64,000 nt of DNA from Ramazzottius varieornatus (taxonomy: Eukaryota > Animalia > Tardigrada): NCBI GenBank assembly GCA_001949185.1, contig BDGG01000012.1:1294973-1358972 (forward strand), in the 5' to 3' direction. Positions 1-13,600 of this stretch are shown here, piece by piece. How positions within the stretch are numbered: the stretch's first letter is position 1; each line of letters opens with the position of its first letter. The notes under the pieces were generated by a model, which was not told the DNA's origin, did no database searches, and saw only the letters and a program-made list of their open reading frames with translations. The position numbers and the translations under genes are program-made.

Positions 1-417
1 AAACCAGGCAGAAAATTAGAAAAACCATCACTCACTTTCTCGCTGTGATCCACCAGAAACTCCCTCTTACAAAACCCAAGTACCAACAGAGATCGCAGAA
101 GTTCCCGGGTAGTTTTACTTCGATATGCCAAGCGACAATCATCAAAATTCATCAAGGTAGATCCACCACTACTCGCTGTTCCACCGCCAAGAGGCACAGT
201 CTTTAAGGTTCTTTGCATGCATAATAAGAAATCTTTCTTCCACGCCATTATGAGATTCCTATGTACAGAATAGTTTTCGGGCACCACACGAGAAAATTCT
301 TCTCAACACTAGCCAAAGCACTACAAACAAATAAATTAAGATCTGTCCACGGAGATAAAGAGCTCTTTCTTATGGAAAGCTGTCATGAGCGAAAGACAGC
401 GCACACTCGAGATAGAA

Positions 418-3075
418 TCACACAGGCCAATAGTCACCCTTTGGTGTGTACATCAACTGTCCAGACATCAACCGTCGACCGAGTTCTTTCCCCAACAGTC
501 GACGCTCCTTCGCAGTCTTCTCCAACACACCCTTATTCTCCAGTGCGCGACGCGATAGGTAGGGAAGTACTTCCTCGACTTCGCCGTACGGCACGTACTT
601 GTATATACTGTAACCAGCTTGTCCTGTATAAAACATCAAGGTTGCCGTTAGAGTTCCGCTCGACAGTTATCAGCTCGTAAAAAGGTACGACTTACCCAGA
701 TTAAAGCTAATCTGATCACACATTCCAAGTAGCTGCCCGAAACACACGACCCGATCGGCTGGTGCGATGCCCAGTTCTTTCATCCTGTAACCAAATGACG
801 CTTCACGTAACAATGTGACTCGAACCACCAATATGGGACACGACTAGACTGAATCGCTAAAACCAGCTGCTTACTTTTGTACGGTAAAACGAACGGTTCC
901 TTCGTTATGGGTTGCCATCCTGCAAGGTAACATGTGGGTCAGTAATGTATACTAGCTGATCGACCGGTTCCAACCCACAAAACTCTCTCACATTATGGCA
1001 ACTTTTCTGTCCTTGACTCCGCGAGCCACAACCTCTTCGAGGGCAGTCTCGACGACCCTCTCGTAGTTTTCTGTTGTGCTCTCGAAGTCTGGTTGAGTCG
1101 GGTCGGGATAATTCAATTGGGCAGCTCGGTCGCGCTCCTGCTTGATGTAGGCTCCGCGGACTATCTTGGCGCCGAAAAAGAAGTCCTCTTTGCGACTGAG
1201 TTCGAGGTGAGTGATGAAATCCTGGTATGTGTTCTGGAACGCACAGACAAGATATTGACTTTTCAACACCAAACTGGTTCGTGTTTCGAACATTCTTTTC
1301 TACCTTGAGGTAACACTGGTAAGTGTTGAACACGTAAGCTTTGTCGCGGTTGTAGCGCCTCATGAGTTCGATGGTCAATCGGCTGATAGCAGGCTGGAAG
1401 TACGTCTGTTCAGCATCGATCATCATACGAACCTCCTTGGACACGGCATGCTATATCAAAAATAAAACCGCCGGATTATAATCGTTGCGACAAACTGCTT
1501 GTCAAGTCAATAGCATTGCTCAGGTTCTCACTTCTGTTATGATCTTGAGACGGCGCATCATGTTGTAAAACATCTCCTCATCCTCGTCGGTGAACTTTTT
1601 CAAGAGAGACTTGAACTGCACGCCTTCAGGTCCAGCGAACGGAACGGGGACCCGCAGTAGGCGGTCCAGCTTCTTAGTTTGATCGATCACATCGCCCCAT
1701 TCGAACAGGTCGACCACCCTGCGCTCAAAAAAAACTATGGTCTTGGACAAAAGCCAACGAATGCCATCGAAGTCAAATAGTCTGGAGAGGAAATTTACCC
1801 ATCGCGGTTAGTGTCGATATGGCCTAACCATTCCTGGATTTCTGGCTTTTCGACAAATATACCGCGCTCAGTCAGGTAGTGTTTGAAGTCCTCCACCTTG
1901 GTACGACGCATCACCATAGGTTCGGTATCTTCGTCTAGTCCAAGAATATGGTTGAAATATCGCCGAGATTCAACCAAAGCAGCAGATAACCTCATCTGAA
2001 ACATATCCACCATCAGCATAACAACGACACACGACCTACATGTGTCTTCATGGAAAGATGCAAGCTTAGTCAGCTAACCAGCAGTTCCGGTCTACCAAGA
2101 GCGGTCAGTTTGATCGCTGCGAAGCCTGTGCTGTACGTCGTTCCGGAAACCGCGTCTATGCATTTCAGGAAGGTCGCCATGTGCTTCTCGCACTGTACTT
2201 CGTTTTCATAGAGGTATGTACGGGCGCTGACCACATCCTTCCGTCGGTCACCGAAGTTCTCTGACGGGTTGAACTGCCGTAATACGGCCGACTGTCCCTC
2301 TAAAGATTTTACGTCGTATTACGGTATTAGTCTGTGCTTCCCATGATCACCAGCCCGAGATTCCACTTCTCACCTTTAGAGGACATTTCCTGCACGTCTT
2401 TCGGCACGATACTGAAAACAATAACAGCGATTCTTCAGTTATGGAGCTTTGAGTCTGCTCGAAAGACCTCGCAGCTTCGCCTACTGACCTCATTTCTTTC
2501 TTGGAGGCAGTCTCGCTGGACACGTCTTCCTCCGCACTGTAATCCAGTATTGACTTGACACCAAACTGCCGAAGCCTCTCGACAAGAGGCTTCAGCCTCT
2601 CGGGATCTTCTCCGCCCACGAAGTGCCCGTAGAAGGTTGCTTTCATAGCCAGCTCGAAGAGCTTTTTGCCGAGCGTCTTCCGTGCTATGCGAATAAGCTG
2701 CAAGCTGTGGTCCCCGATCCAGCTAATTCGGCAGAGGTTTAGGACGAGCAAGGCGCGAACAATCTCACCGGTAGTCTTGCTCTGGTAGCATTCTTTGTAG
2801 TTCTCGAAGGTCAGGTCGATGGGTATCCTGCTCGGGGGCGAAGGATAAATAGGTGTCCAGTGAGGATCCGCGCGCTTCGCCAGGATATCGGGCGAGACAT
2901 CATGATCCTTGAATAAAGGCAGTGGAGGGCTTCCGGCCAAGGCTTTACTGCTCTTCAAGGAGTCAACTTTAGGGATATCTTTGATCTTGGGAACAGCCCG
3001 CTGCGTAACTTGATGTCTTTTCCATGTGTGATTGGCTTGCTGGGCTAATCTTAGTCGATAGTTGAGAAGTCCCAT
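418..3075 (-). CDS. PRODH: Mitochondrial proline dehydrogenase (sluggish A-like), multi-exon
   Basis: Spliced minus-strand exons give [64 protein letters not shown] and [19 protein letters not shown]. Basic N-terminal presequence. EF-hand-like DTNRDGVVDLFEW. Confidence 0.95.
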
Positions 3076-3913
3076 CCCCGTAACTTCGCGCTCTCACTAC
3101 AAAGGTATTCATAGATACTTGTTCGCCCATTCCCAGAGCACACTAAAGCTCTTGCACCGACCTGCGGAGCTGACAAGAGCATCAGAACATGACATCTTCG
3201 AGCTTCTATCCACAAAGTTACAGGTATCAGTCACGTATCAGGTCTTACGTGGTTCCGCAGCTGCTGTTTTGGGCCACCAGCTTGTTCGTCCGGGATTTCG
3301 TGACTGTCCAGTCGAGGTTTATCAAGCGTAGGATCAGATCTCGATATCACAAGGTCCACGGATACATATCACCTCCGTCCTCCGATAACTTGACCTAAAG
3401 TAAACAGTCGTTCTGAACTTCTGGTATAGATCCTCATGATCAGATCTGCGTCATCGTTCTAAAATTAGCAACGCAGGATTGCTGAATACTGATTGCTAGA
3501 AAGAAGAGGCGCGCCTCACCGAGGGCGTGACAGGCTTGCTTGTTTCCCACCAACCGGCGTTTTCCAGGGGCCGGAAATTTCTTCGCAAACTTACTATTGA
3601 AATCGAAGCTCGATTTTTGAGAAACGGAAGTTCGGAAGTTATCAACTTCGTCCCGATTTCTAAGTGCAGCCTGGACACTCTGATACAGCTCCGACATCTG
3701 CTTGCTGTTTTGCAACCTCAGTCGCGTCTCCGTAAATCGTGGGTATGAAGTAACGAGAAAACTGGCAGACTGCTGACTTTTCCTAAAAGGTACAGCCAAA
3801 CTGAGTGCAAGCCATTTGACCCAACCGGAGCCTCCGGAGGCCTGAACAGTGATTTTCTCCATAGTCGCTGGCTGCCTTTATCCGCCAGTCTTCTTCGCAA
3901 CCTGTTGTTGAAC

Positions 3914-4552
3914 ATGGCTAACTGGCTCATGGAATCGAAAATGCTGTATAAGCAAGTTATCGAAGATGTGGTCCAGAATTGCAAAGGTACAGCACGAAAG
4001 CCATCTTACTTATAGTATATTATATACGACGGATATATCCCATCATTTTAACTGCATTCTTTCATCGAACCTCCTTTTTTAGAGCTTTTCTTGGATGAAG
4101 GGATTCCGGAAGACATCCTGATGGACCTGAAAGCTGCTTGGGAACACAGCGTGGAATCCAGCAACGTCACCAATTTCACCGCAGCTGGCACCAGGGGCGC
4201 CGGACGTACCTCTGCAGCTGGGCGTGTTTCCCAATTGGACGGGTCGGACTCCGGAGACGAGGAAGAGATATTCGTTACCGGTGGAGTTGAGGACGATCCG
4301 GTCGGAGGGGTTAGCGTTGGCGAAGGCCTTGACAAAGATATCAACATGTCGGAGGAAATCACCTCGGAAGACGACGAACCCGAGGTTGAACTTACGGAAG
4401 CCATGTTCGAAACGGAGAATATTCTGGTGTGCCAATACGATAAGATTACCAGAGTCAAAAACAAGTATAAGATTAACCTGAAGTTGGGCATCATGACTGT
4501 GAACGACAAAGACTATGTCTTCAACAAGTGCACCGGTGAGGCGGAATGGTGA
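3914..4552 (+). CDS. GTF2A1: Transcription initiation factor IIA large subunit (alpha/beta precursor), compact, ~180 aa, 2 exons
   Basis: Exon 3914-3986 (MANWLMESKMLYKQVIEDVVQNCK) splices GT-AG to 4083 (ELFLDEGI..LKAAWE). Contains a QLDG taspase-type site, an acidic stretch, and the C-terminal CQYDKITRVKNKYK..DYVFNKCTGEAEW. Confidence 0.92.
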
Positions 4553-6827
4553 TGCCGTATTCCGCCGGACAACGATCTGCTGGAAGCTACTATGTAACGT
4601 AGTATGTTTTGCTCTTTTTTTCCTTCGTGAAACTCAGACCTTCCAATTCGGAGAAGGAAGATTATTTGTTTAGCTTCAGCGTTTCTCTACAACGTGTTTT
4701 ATGGAGTTATACTGTACTTTTATCGGGTCTGTACACTGAAGACTCCGACCTCGTCGAAGGCGGAAGTACGATGCAAATGAGAGCAGTAAGACTATAGCTA
4801 TACGAAAGGCAGTCCGCGAGCAAAAACGAGAAACACGTCACCGCGGGGGTAGGGCTTATGTTGCGCAGGCCAAATCGAATGTAAAGTGCATGCACTCGTT
4901 CGACGAGCACGACGGCACGCACATGCAATCTGTCAGCTGTTTATGCAATGGAACCTTGTATAGCAGGCCGTTTTGTGATCATGCTCCAGCCTGACCTCGT
5001 GCGTTTCCGAGCAAGTTCAGAAACCCTTTCTTGCACGAGACAATCTTGTCTTCTTTGTCCAGCCGAAGATAGACCAATTCTTCAGGATTATATCCAAGGG
5101 ACTCTGAATCGCAAACTCAGAGGAAGCTCGAGCTCCAGACAGCACAATCCTTTACTCAGGATGATTCCCCAATTTTTTCTGATTTTTCTAATTCTTTTGA
5201 CGAATTTTTCCAAGTTTTTGATGAGTCATGAGTCGTGATTTCGGACTTGATCAATCAACTCTGTACTAATCATTCGAAGATGTTGGCGCATTGATTAATA
5301 TGGAATTGATAACTCTGTTGATAGTACCACTTGACGGCACTGCACGATCAACAGGGTATAATAATGCACTATGCCTGTACGTACAACAGATGACTAATGG
5401 TAGAGACCACTTTCGGTGCCAAGAAATTTCTCTCTGATCTTCCGCCATAAGTTCAGGCTCGCCATAGCTTGCCCCAATTTAAGGGCTTTAGAATGCCTGA
5501 ACAGCTTTCTACGACGACTCAAGTGGTCTATGATTCACGCTAAATCTCCGCTGGAAGGCCAACCTTTTGGGCGGAGCTCTCGCAATCTTTGTTGCCGCCG
5601 ATACAGTGTGAGGCTATTACCTAATGCTCGCAGAGCTTAGTAATAAAACCTTGCATGCCACTTGATACCCCATGTTATCCCATATCAAACCACTTCAGGT
5701 GGTGTACCACGGGATTTTTGGGCACGAGCTGTCGTTGAAGAGCTGGTTTTGTTCGTAAGTGTGTGTTTAAACCCCTCTGCTGAACTTTGCCCAGTGAAGG
5801 GCAAAGTTCAACATTAGTGGTGATAAGCTTGTGAATGGAATGTGACTGTGGAGAAGCGAAAGTAGGTCACAAAAGAAGGAGATAAGGCTATAGCGTTGTA
5901 TTCTGAGTCACAGGGAGTAATTTAATGGTTGGGAACTTGGGATACGCGCTGCCATCATCCCAGTTCCCTTTTAGCCTCCCTCGGCGACAACAGTACCCGT
6001 TAGGGTGCCGCCCCGCGAAAAATGTATTGACTGAGTTGACCTGAAAGCTAAAAGTTGAGATATGGCGCAGACAAAGTACGCCAAAATGGCCGAGCCTGAC
6101 AGCGAGTTTGGTTCAATCAGACAATCAGTGTTGGCGTAACACGCCAGAACAGCAAATTCAAAAGCGCTCTGTTTGTACTATACGGCCTGCCCTTGCCCAG
6201 GCATCGTTCCGTGACTACGTCATACGGCTGACTAGCGGTTGTACAGCGTTCGCCTCTGTTCATGACGTCATGTAACTGGCTAATCGTGTCAAGGCGGTGC
6301 AGCCGGTAAAGTGCGCTGCCTTTACGTATAGCAAGTAGGACCGCGGAAAGTTCTCCATTTTGTTGTACTCTCTGAGACAAACGATAAACTTTGGTTGTAA
6401 GGTGTTGGGTACTGACGATATCTCAACTGCATGGGGGTAGGTTATCGAGAAGAGACCAAGATCTGGAAAGTTTCTTGACTTAAAGAACCAACATAGGTTC
6501 GAGGTTGAGGACTAAACAGCAAGCGATAGCTGTAAGCTGTTTGGGAATGATAAAAAGAGGACAAAAACAGAAATGTAACGGCGTAAAAACCAATGAGAGG
6601 AGAGCCATGCTACGCTACATCATGATCACACATTTCACCGTAATGCCTAAAAGAACATATGTACTCCTGCACAAGTATTCCGCTCTCAAGAAGCACCCAT
6701 ATCGGCGACAAACTGAAAAATATCCTCTCGTTAGCCATCAGAATTCCCGTCATGACATATGTAAAACTGAAGAAACACGCAGCTGGCTTAGATGGGAACG
6801 AGTAAGTCTCTATCGGACATTTTTGCG

Positions 6828-7569
6828 TTAACACTGACAGCTTTTTCCAGTCGCTTCCGGTTGCTCCCCTGTTCCAAGTGGTCGTGTGACATGGCTTGGC
6901 TTATGCTGGACGCCACTCTCCGCTGCATTCAAGTCCAAACTACCATCCTGGATCAACTGGTAAATTCTTCTGGCTGTTTCGAGGAAGGCGTCTTCGACTT
7001 TGTCGCCCGTCTTAGCGCTGGTCTCCAGAAACATTAGGCCGTTATCATCTGCAAATTGTTTTGCTTCTTCATAGGTAACGTCACGTTGCGAGTCCAGATC
7101 AGCTTTGTTGCCGATGAGGAAGATGACCGTGTTGGGGTTAGTCAGGTTCTTGGCGTCCGTCAGCCAGCTACTAAGGTGGTTGTACGTGCTGCGTCTTGTG
7201 ATGTCGTAGACCATCAATGCACCAGCTGCTCCACGATAGTAACTTCTGGTCACGGCCCGAAACCGCTCTTGTCCAGCCGTATCCCAAATCTGTAGCTTAA
7301 TCTTCTGACCCGATACTTCAATTATACGCGTGCCAAACTCCACTCCAATAGTATGTGGGCAATCGGACATGAACTTCTTTTCGGTGAACTGGTGTAATAA
7401 GCAGGACTTTCCGACTCCCATGTCCCCTACGGTTACAGTTTGCACTTGGATTGATCGCCAATCAATTGATGTTGAGAACTTTTTTTCACACTTTACCTAT
7501 GATGATGTACTTGAAGATGTAGTTGTAGTTGTAAGGGGCGTTGGTAGATCCAGCTGGTGGAGCTGCCAT
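6828..7569 (-). CDS. RAB14: Ras-related protein Rab-14
   Basis: Exon 1 [25 protein letters not shown], intron 7496-7427, then [36 protein letters not shown] and a C-terminal CQC prenylation motif. Confidence 0.96.
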
Positions 7570-8176
7570 TGTGATGAGGATCAGATGAAGTGACAGTTAG
7601 CAATCAAAAGCCACGACGTGGCCGAAGTTATCTAAAAGGTAAACAAACGGATTAAGATAGTCTCACCACGTTTGGTCTCACATGCAGACGAAGGAACCCC
7701 GCACGACCAACATACGATGTCCGCTATATTGGGGATGTTTAGTCTTAAGGTTCACTAACGAGATCTGCCAATTCCATACCTTTCAAATGGTTTCGGAAGC
7801 GCGTACGGGTGATGAAATCCAAAGGCTTGGACGGCCAATCAAGCGATATAGAAGGATAATTAGTATAAGTTCTAGGTGCGTCCGATGACGGAGTGTCGAT
7901 GGTGAAAGTGCATTGTCTTGCTCCAGAACACCTTTCAGAACTGTCACTCGCTGTCAGCCAATCGTTCCTTCAACTTCCTGAGAGGACGGTTATCCAGGAC
8001 CGGACTGTAATTGACAGTAATTCACTAACGATGACTGGAACACAAACCTGCGAAGGATATGGATACGTATACACCAGAATGATCAAATCAATAAAAAATT
8101 AATCAATAAAAACTATTGCTTCGCGGGAGTGCAATATCTATTCTTGTCGCTGGTTGAGACAGCGCGACACTCTGCG

Positions 8177-8671
8177 TACGACCGTCCTCTTTGTGTATAC
8201 AATCACTCAGTTTTATTCACCTCCCAGATTTAGCTTTTGGTCTTTCGGGTCTGGTTTCTTTTGTTTGCATGTACCTCGGTCTTCTCATCAAAGCAACACT
8301 AATGACCAGCGATCAGCAACACCCCAGCACGCTGGAAAATTTTTCTACGGTTTCGGGTGGTTTTGGTGAAATTTGATGTTCCGTCTCTTCGCGCGAGACA
8401 GGTGCACGGTATTCGCTTAGAAAAAAACTGGAGCACTGGGGACAGACTTATCTATCGAAGCCGACCCTGGGACAAATTTTGTAGTCATCAGTGCGCTCAG
8501 AAGAAAATCGAGGCGACCAGTTGGTCCAGTTCTCCCTTTTGAGATTTGGCGTTCATGGCCTGCCAATTATCTGAATTTTAAAAATTTCGAAAATTGCCTA
8601 TTGGTTGGACCAGCCTCCGCAACACGGTACCAGCAAATAAAATTCCTGTATACACAAAGAGGACAGTAGTA
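8177..8671. mobile_element. Non-autonomous DNA transposon (MITE, Tc1/mariner-like), ~490 bp
   Basis: 25-nt terminal inverted repeats with 2 mismatches: tacgaccgtcctctttgtgtataca (8177-8201) and tgtatacacaaagaggacagtagta (8647-8671). TA at both ends. No coding capacity. Confidence 0.7.
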
Positions 8672-10644
8672 TTCTCCAAACATGAAAACGATCGTGCTAA
8701 AAGTGTTTAAAAAGTTTCAGCCCACAGTGCCGTCAAAAAGTTAGACCACGTGTAACCTGACTGTCGGAGTGAAAGGCTTGATTTACTGAAAGCTCACACC
8801 AATTTTCCGATTTTTGAGACCGAGTCCGCCGAGAAGGGCAGCTAGCAGCAGGGAGCAGAGACGGATGGAGGAATCAAAAAGGTCCGCAATAATGGAAGTG
8901 TGGACCTTTTACTACGAAGTTCCCATGAAACATTAATCACGGCTGTGCCGGGCACGGGCCTGTCATCCAACTTCGCAAAAACAAATCAGTGTTGTTCCGA
9001 TCATCACAATTGAAAATTGAACATGACCAAAAACGACGGTTTTGGAATTTCAATATGACAATTAAAATTAAGAATTTCCACGCTGGACAGTTCCAATATT
9101 AATTAAAATTGTATTAGAATTCGGTAAAACAGGCGAAATTGTAATTGGTAACCGAAATGCGTAATGTAGCAATTCAAATTATCGAGGGTGCGCCAACAGA
9201 GCGTTAGAAACGCAGGTGGGTGCATCAAGATTCGGGATTTCTGCGTGTTTCTGACGCTTGATTCAGTTGACTGTCCAAATATGTGTACGTACGTGCATAT
9301 CGCATGACGGAACAAGGCACCATGCACAAATGGCTCAATTGCGGACCTTTTTAATACCTCCAGCCGCCTCTGCAGGCTGGGAGCCAAGCAGCCCACGCTT
9401 CCGCGAGCCCGAGAGGGTCAACGCACGGAGGGCAGGGCGAAGGGGCGCAGCAGTAGACACCATGACACTTTGAAGACAACACTGAAGTCCCAGTAAAAAT
9501 TCTTTGTATTATTAGTCTTCTGACCAATACATTGGGTTTGTCTGACATAGTCATCGGGATTTGCGTTCCAAGAACTGAGAGTTTCTTTACTGGTATGGAT
9601 TACCACTCTGACCGCGAACAAGTAGGAGGACCGGATGCCGACGTGATTTCGTATGGCGTAAGTCCATCCTGTGGCTCGTTGAAACGTACTTCCGGTACGC
9701 AGTCGTACAGCTTTCGAGTTAAAAAATCTGATTGTACTTCCTCTGTGAGGCTTTCTCTTTCTCTCCTTAGAGACATGCGGATTCGGTGTTGCTGTTCAGG
9801 AGAAGAGACCCACTGCGGACGACCAGATAAACCCATAGAACTGAAACACCGCAGTACCGGTACGGGTACGAGTTACGGTATATGTTCTGTCCAAAGAAGA
9901 GCCCATAGTTTCGGGCAGAAATTTCCGAAGGATTCGATTGCCTGTATACACCTTTCACGCCCAGTGTCTGACCACTTTTATGCTAAAATTCCTTTCTAGC
10001 CACTTCAAACTGGAGGAATCGGAACGTCTCAAGCGGGGTTTGCAGACGAACAAGCAGTCCTACATTCCAGAGGTCATGAGATCTCGAAAATGGTGATCGA
10101 GTCATGTCTACCGCCGTTACTGTTCAATCGTATATGTCCGATCGTCTTGTACCATGTTGTGTTGTTGTAATTACGTTGAGCCGTCAACGAAAGTCAGAAA
10201 ATCTGTCACTAACATTCTAGTTTTTGACACGTTCGCGTTATAACTACAAAAAATGCCACAATTCAATTAACTCTCTTACAGGATGCCAGAATGTCAATAG
10301 ACTAATGCTTGTTCTGAAGAGCTCCTCTAGGTGGTCAAAATGATTTTGACATTTTGAAGTTAATTAAGAGCTAAAGTCGTTTTGTTTCACAGAACCACCA
10401 GAATATCGCGCTGAGAAGATCGTCGACTCACTCCGAAAACATCCTTCCGGCGGTTGCGTTGAGATATGGATGACGAAGTTTCCGTAAGTGAAGCGAGTGA
10501 ACCGAGATGTGGGTTTTCCGTCCATCAGCAAGTTTTCGTGGTTCGACAGTTCAGTTCTGATTGTGACAATTGTTTTCGTTATAATAAACTGTGGCAGCCA
10601 TTTCATCACGTCGCGCTGGACTGTGTACAGCGTATAACATTATA

Positions 10645-13600
10645 ATGTCTGCAGGGGCGCTGGTCCTCGAGGAGGGAAGCCGTTTCGAAGGCGTCGTCCG
10701 CGGGGCAATCCGAAACGTTTCCGGAGAAGTTGGTGAGTGAAACATTTACGAAAGCCTTTCTATCCTGAAGAGAATGTCTATGATCAGATGACAACACCAA
10801 TATGTGCAGTTTTCCAAACGGGAGTGGTCGGATACCCGGAAGCCGTGACCGATCCATCTTACCATGGCCAGATATTGGTACTGACATACCCGCTGATCGG
10901 TAATTACGGGGTTCCTGGAGAGGAGGTCGAAAAGAATGGGCTACAAAAGTGGCTGGAATCCGGACAGGTTTGGCCGAGGGCCGTCGTAGTTGGCGAACTC
11001 AGCCAGCAATACAGCCACTGGAATGCCCAAAGGTCATTCGAGAACTGGCTACTGGAACACGGCGTACCCATCCTCGAAGGTACTCAGGCTTTGATATCCG
11101 CAATCTGTGTAACTAACAACTAAACAGAGCGTGGGAGAAAGTTCTGGATTTCGTTTAGGAGTCGACACGAGAAGCTTGACTATTCTTTTACGCGAGTTCG
11201 GGACGATTGCCGGGAAGGTATACGTATGTCTTGTGCTTCGGTTCCGTCCTGTCGAACAGGAAGACATGATTCCATCGGTACCGAGAGATATATAGCTTTC
11301 CATACCGAATAATCTCACTTTGCAGATCGTTTTGGAAGGAACAGACCCCAGAAGCATTCCTTTTGTCCAGTGCGGCTTGCGTAATTTGGTCGAAGAGGTC
11401 TCCGTCAAGGTGAGGCTATTGACTGAATTGACCGTCGGCCTAGCCAAGCTTCCGTGACATTCTGAGGAAGAGTTTTCGCCCCTGCACTTTTTTAGCGCAT
11501 GCCGCCATTGATAAATCCGCGAGGAGATGTCAAAATACTGGTGGTCGACTGCGGACTGAAGCACAACCAGATAAGGTGCCTCATCAAACGGGGAGCCGCA
11601 GTCCAGGTTTGCCCATGGAACTGCCCTATCGAGGCCGAGATGGACAAATACGACGGGCTCTTCCTGACTAACGGACCAGGAGATCCGAAGCTGTGTGGTG
11701 CTCTGGTCGCGAACCTCGAGAGCTACATGAAGATAAAGGACACGAAACCGATCTTTGGTATTTGTATGGGACACCAGATACTGGCCCGTGCTGCAGGTCT
11801 GAAAACATACCGCCTGAAGTACGGAAACCGCGGGCATAACCAACCGTGCATCCTCAACGGAACCAAGCGATGTTTCATCACCAGCCAGAATCATGGATAC
11901 GCTGTCGACGTCGACAAACTGCCTGACCGGTGGGAACCTCTTTTCACGAACGCGAACGATCAAACGAACGAAGGACTCGTACATCGGGAAAAACCCATTT
12001 TCTCGTAAGTGAGACCTATTCTACTGTATCCCAAAAAGGTCTGCTGAGGTTCGTACGTTTGCTGTTGCTTTCAGTGTGCAGTTCCATCCGGAGCATCGAG
12101 CGGGTCCCCAAGACCTCGAAGCTCTGTTCGATGTCTTCCTCGACTCGGTGAGAAAGTACAAGAACGGTGCCGTCGAAAAACCGCTGCCGGAAGTGATCCG
12201 TGAGAAACTGCAGCCGTTGGTTCCATCATGTCCGGTTGCGGCTTTTCGTCCTCATAAAGTCTTGGTCCTGGGCTCTGGTGGGTTGACCATCGGACAAGCT
12301 GGAGAGTTCGACTACTGTGGATCACAGGCTCTGAAAGCTCTGAAAGACGACAAGGTTAAGACTGTGCTCATGAACCCGAACATTGCCACTTCACAGACCA
12401 CGAAGGGACTGGCCGATAAGGTGTACTTCCTGCCCATCACGCTTGAATACGTCACTCAAGTGAGCTGCATTTTCTACCACAAAATTCCTATCTTTCGAAT
12501 CTGTTTTTACTGGCCTTTCATCCTGATATGTCCAAACTTCATTTTGTTCCGACTTTTTAGGTGATCAAAGCAGAACGTCCAGATGGGATACTTCTGAACT
12601 TCGGTGGTCAGGTCGCCCTAAACTGCGGCATCAAGCTGTCCGAAGCCGATGTCCTGAACAAGTACAACGTGGCTGTTCTGGGAACACCAGTCCAGGTGAT
12701 TGTATGGACGGAAGATCGGCAAGAGTTCGCTATGAAACTGTCGGAAATCGGCTACAAAGTGGCACCCAGTGCCGCGGTTCATTCGGTGGAAGAAGCTCTG
12801 GAGGTCGCCGCGAAGATCGGCTACCCGGTGCTGGTTCGCGCAGCCTACTCTCTCGGTGGTCTGAACTCCGGCTTTGCGGAGACGGCCCACCAGCTGAAGG
12901 AGCTGGCTGCGAAAGCTTTCGGCGTTTCTTCGCAGCTGATGATTGACAAGTCCTTCAAAGGCTGGAAAGAACTGGAATACGAAGTGGTCCGGGACGTCTT
13001 CGACAACTGCATAACGGTAAGAGTTCTTTCCGCTACCGTATCGCGGCTTTATCATACGAACAGACTCACCCGTGTCCTTTCAGGTCTGCAATATGGAAAA
13101 CATCGATCCGCTGGGAATCCACACGGGAGAGTCGATGGTGGTAGCCCCAAGCCAGACCTTGTCGAACGACGAATACAACATGCTGCGAACCGCAGCTGTC
13201 GATGTCATACGGCATTTGGGCGTTGTGGGAGAATGCAATATCCAGTACGCTCTTTCTCCGTACTCCGGCGAGTTCTTCGTCATTGAAGTCAATGCTAGGC
13301 TGTCGCGAAGCTCGGCTCTTGCCAGCAAATGGTAACGCTCGTTATGTATTTTCGTCGGATGCACTATGTCGTCTAATAGGGAAGAGCTTACCGGTGTTTT
13401 TCGCAGTACCGGATATCCACTGGCTTACATTGCTGCAAAACTGGCCATGGGTTACAGTTTGGCGGAACTGCGGAATCCGGTAACTGGTACCGGGACAGCA
13501 TGTTTCGAACCAAGTCTCGACTATTGCGTGGTCAAGATTCCTCGGTGGGACCTTCGCAAATTTCCTGGAGCCGATAACAAGGTATTAATAAATTCTTTCA

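Noticed and set aside
3440-3862. 140-aa minus-strand ORF between PRODH and TFIIA
   Set aside because: No recognisable motif. The region looks like the PRODH 5' UTR exons and the divergent promoter.
11049-11984. 311-aa minus-strand ORF, and similar antisense ORFs over CAD, NSRP1, VPS53 and knk
   Set aside because: These are antisense shadows of real coding exons with no independent protein features.
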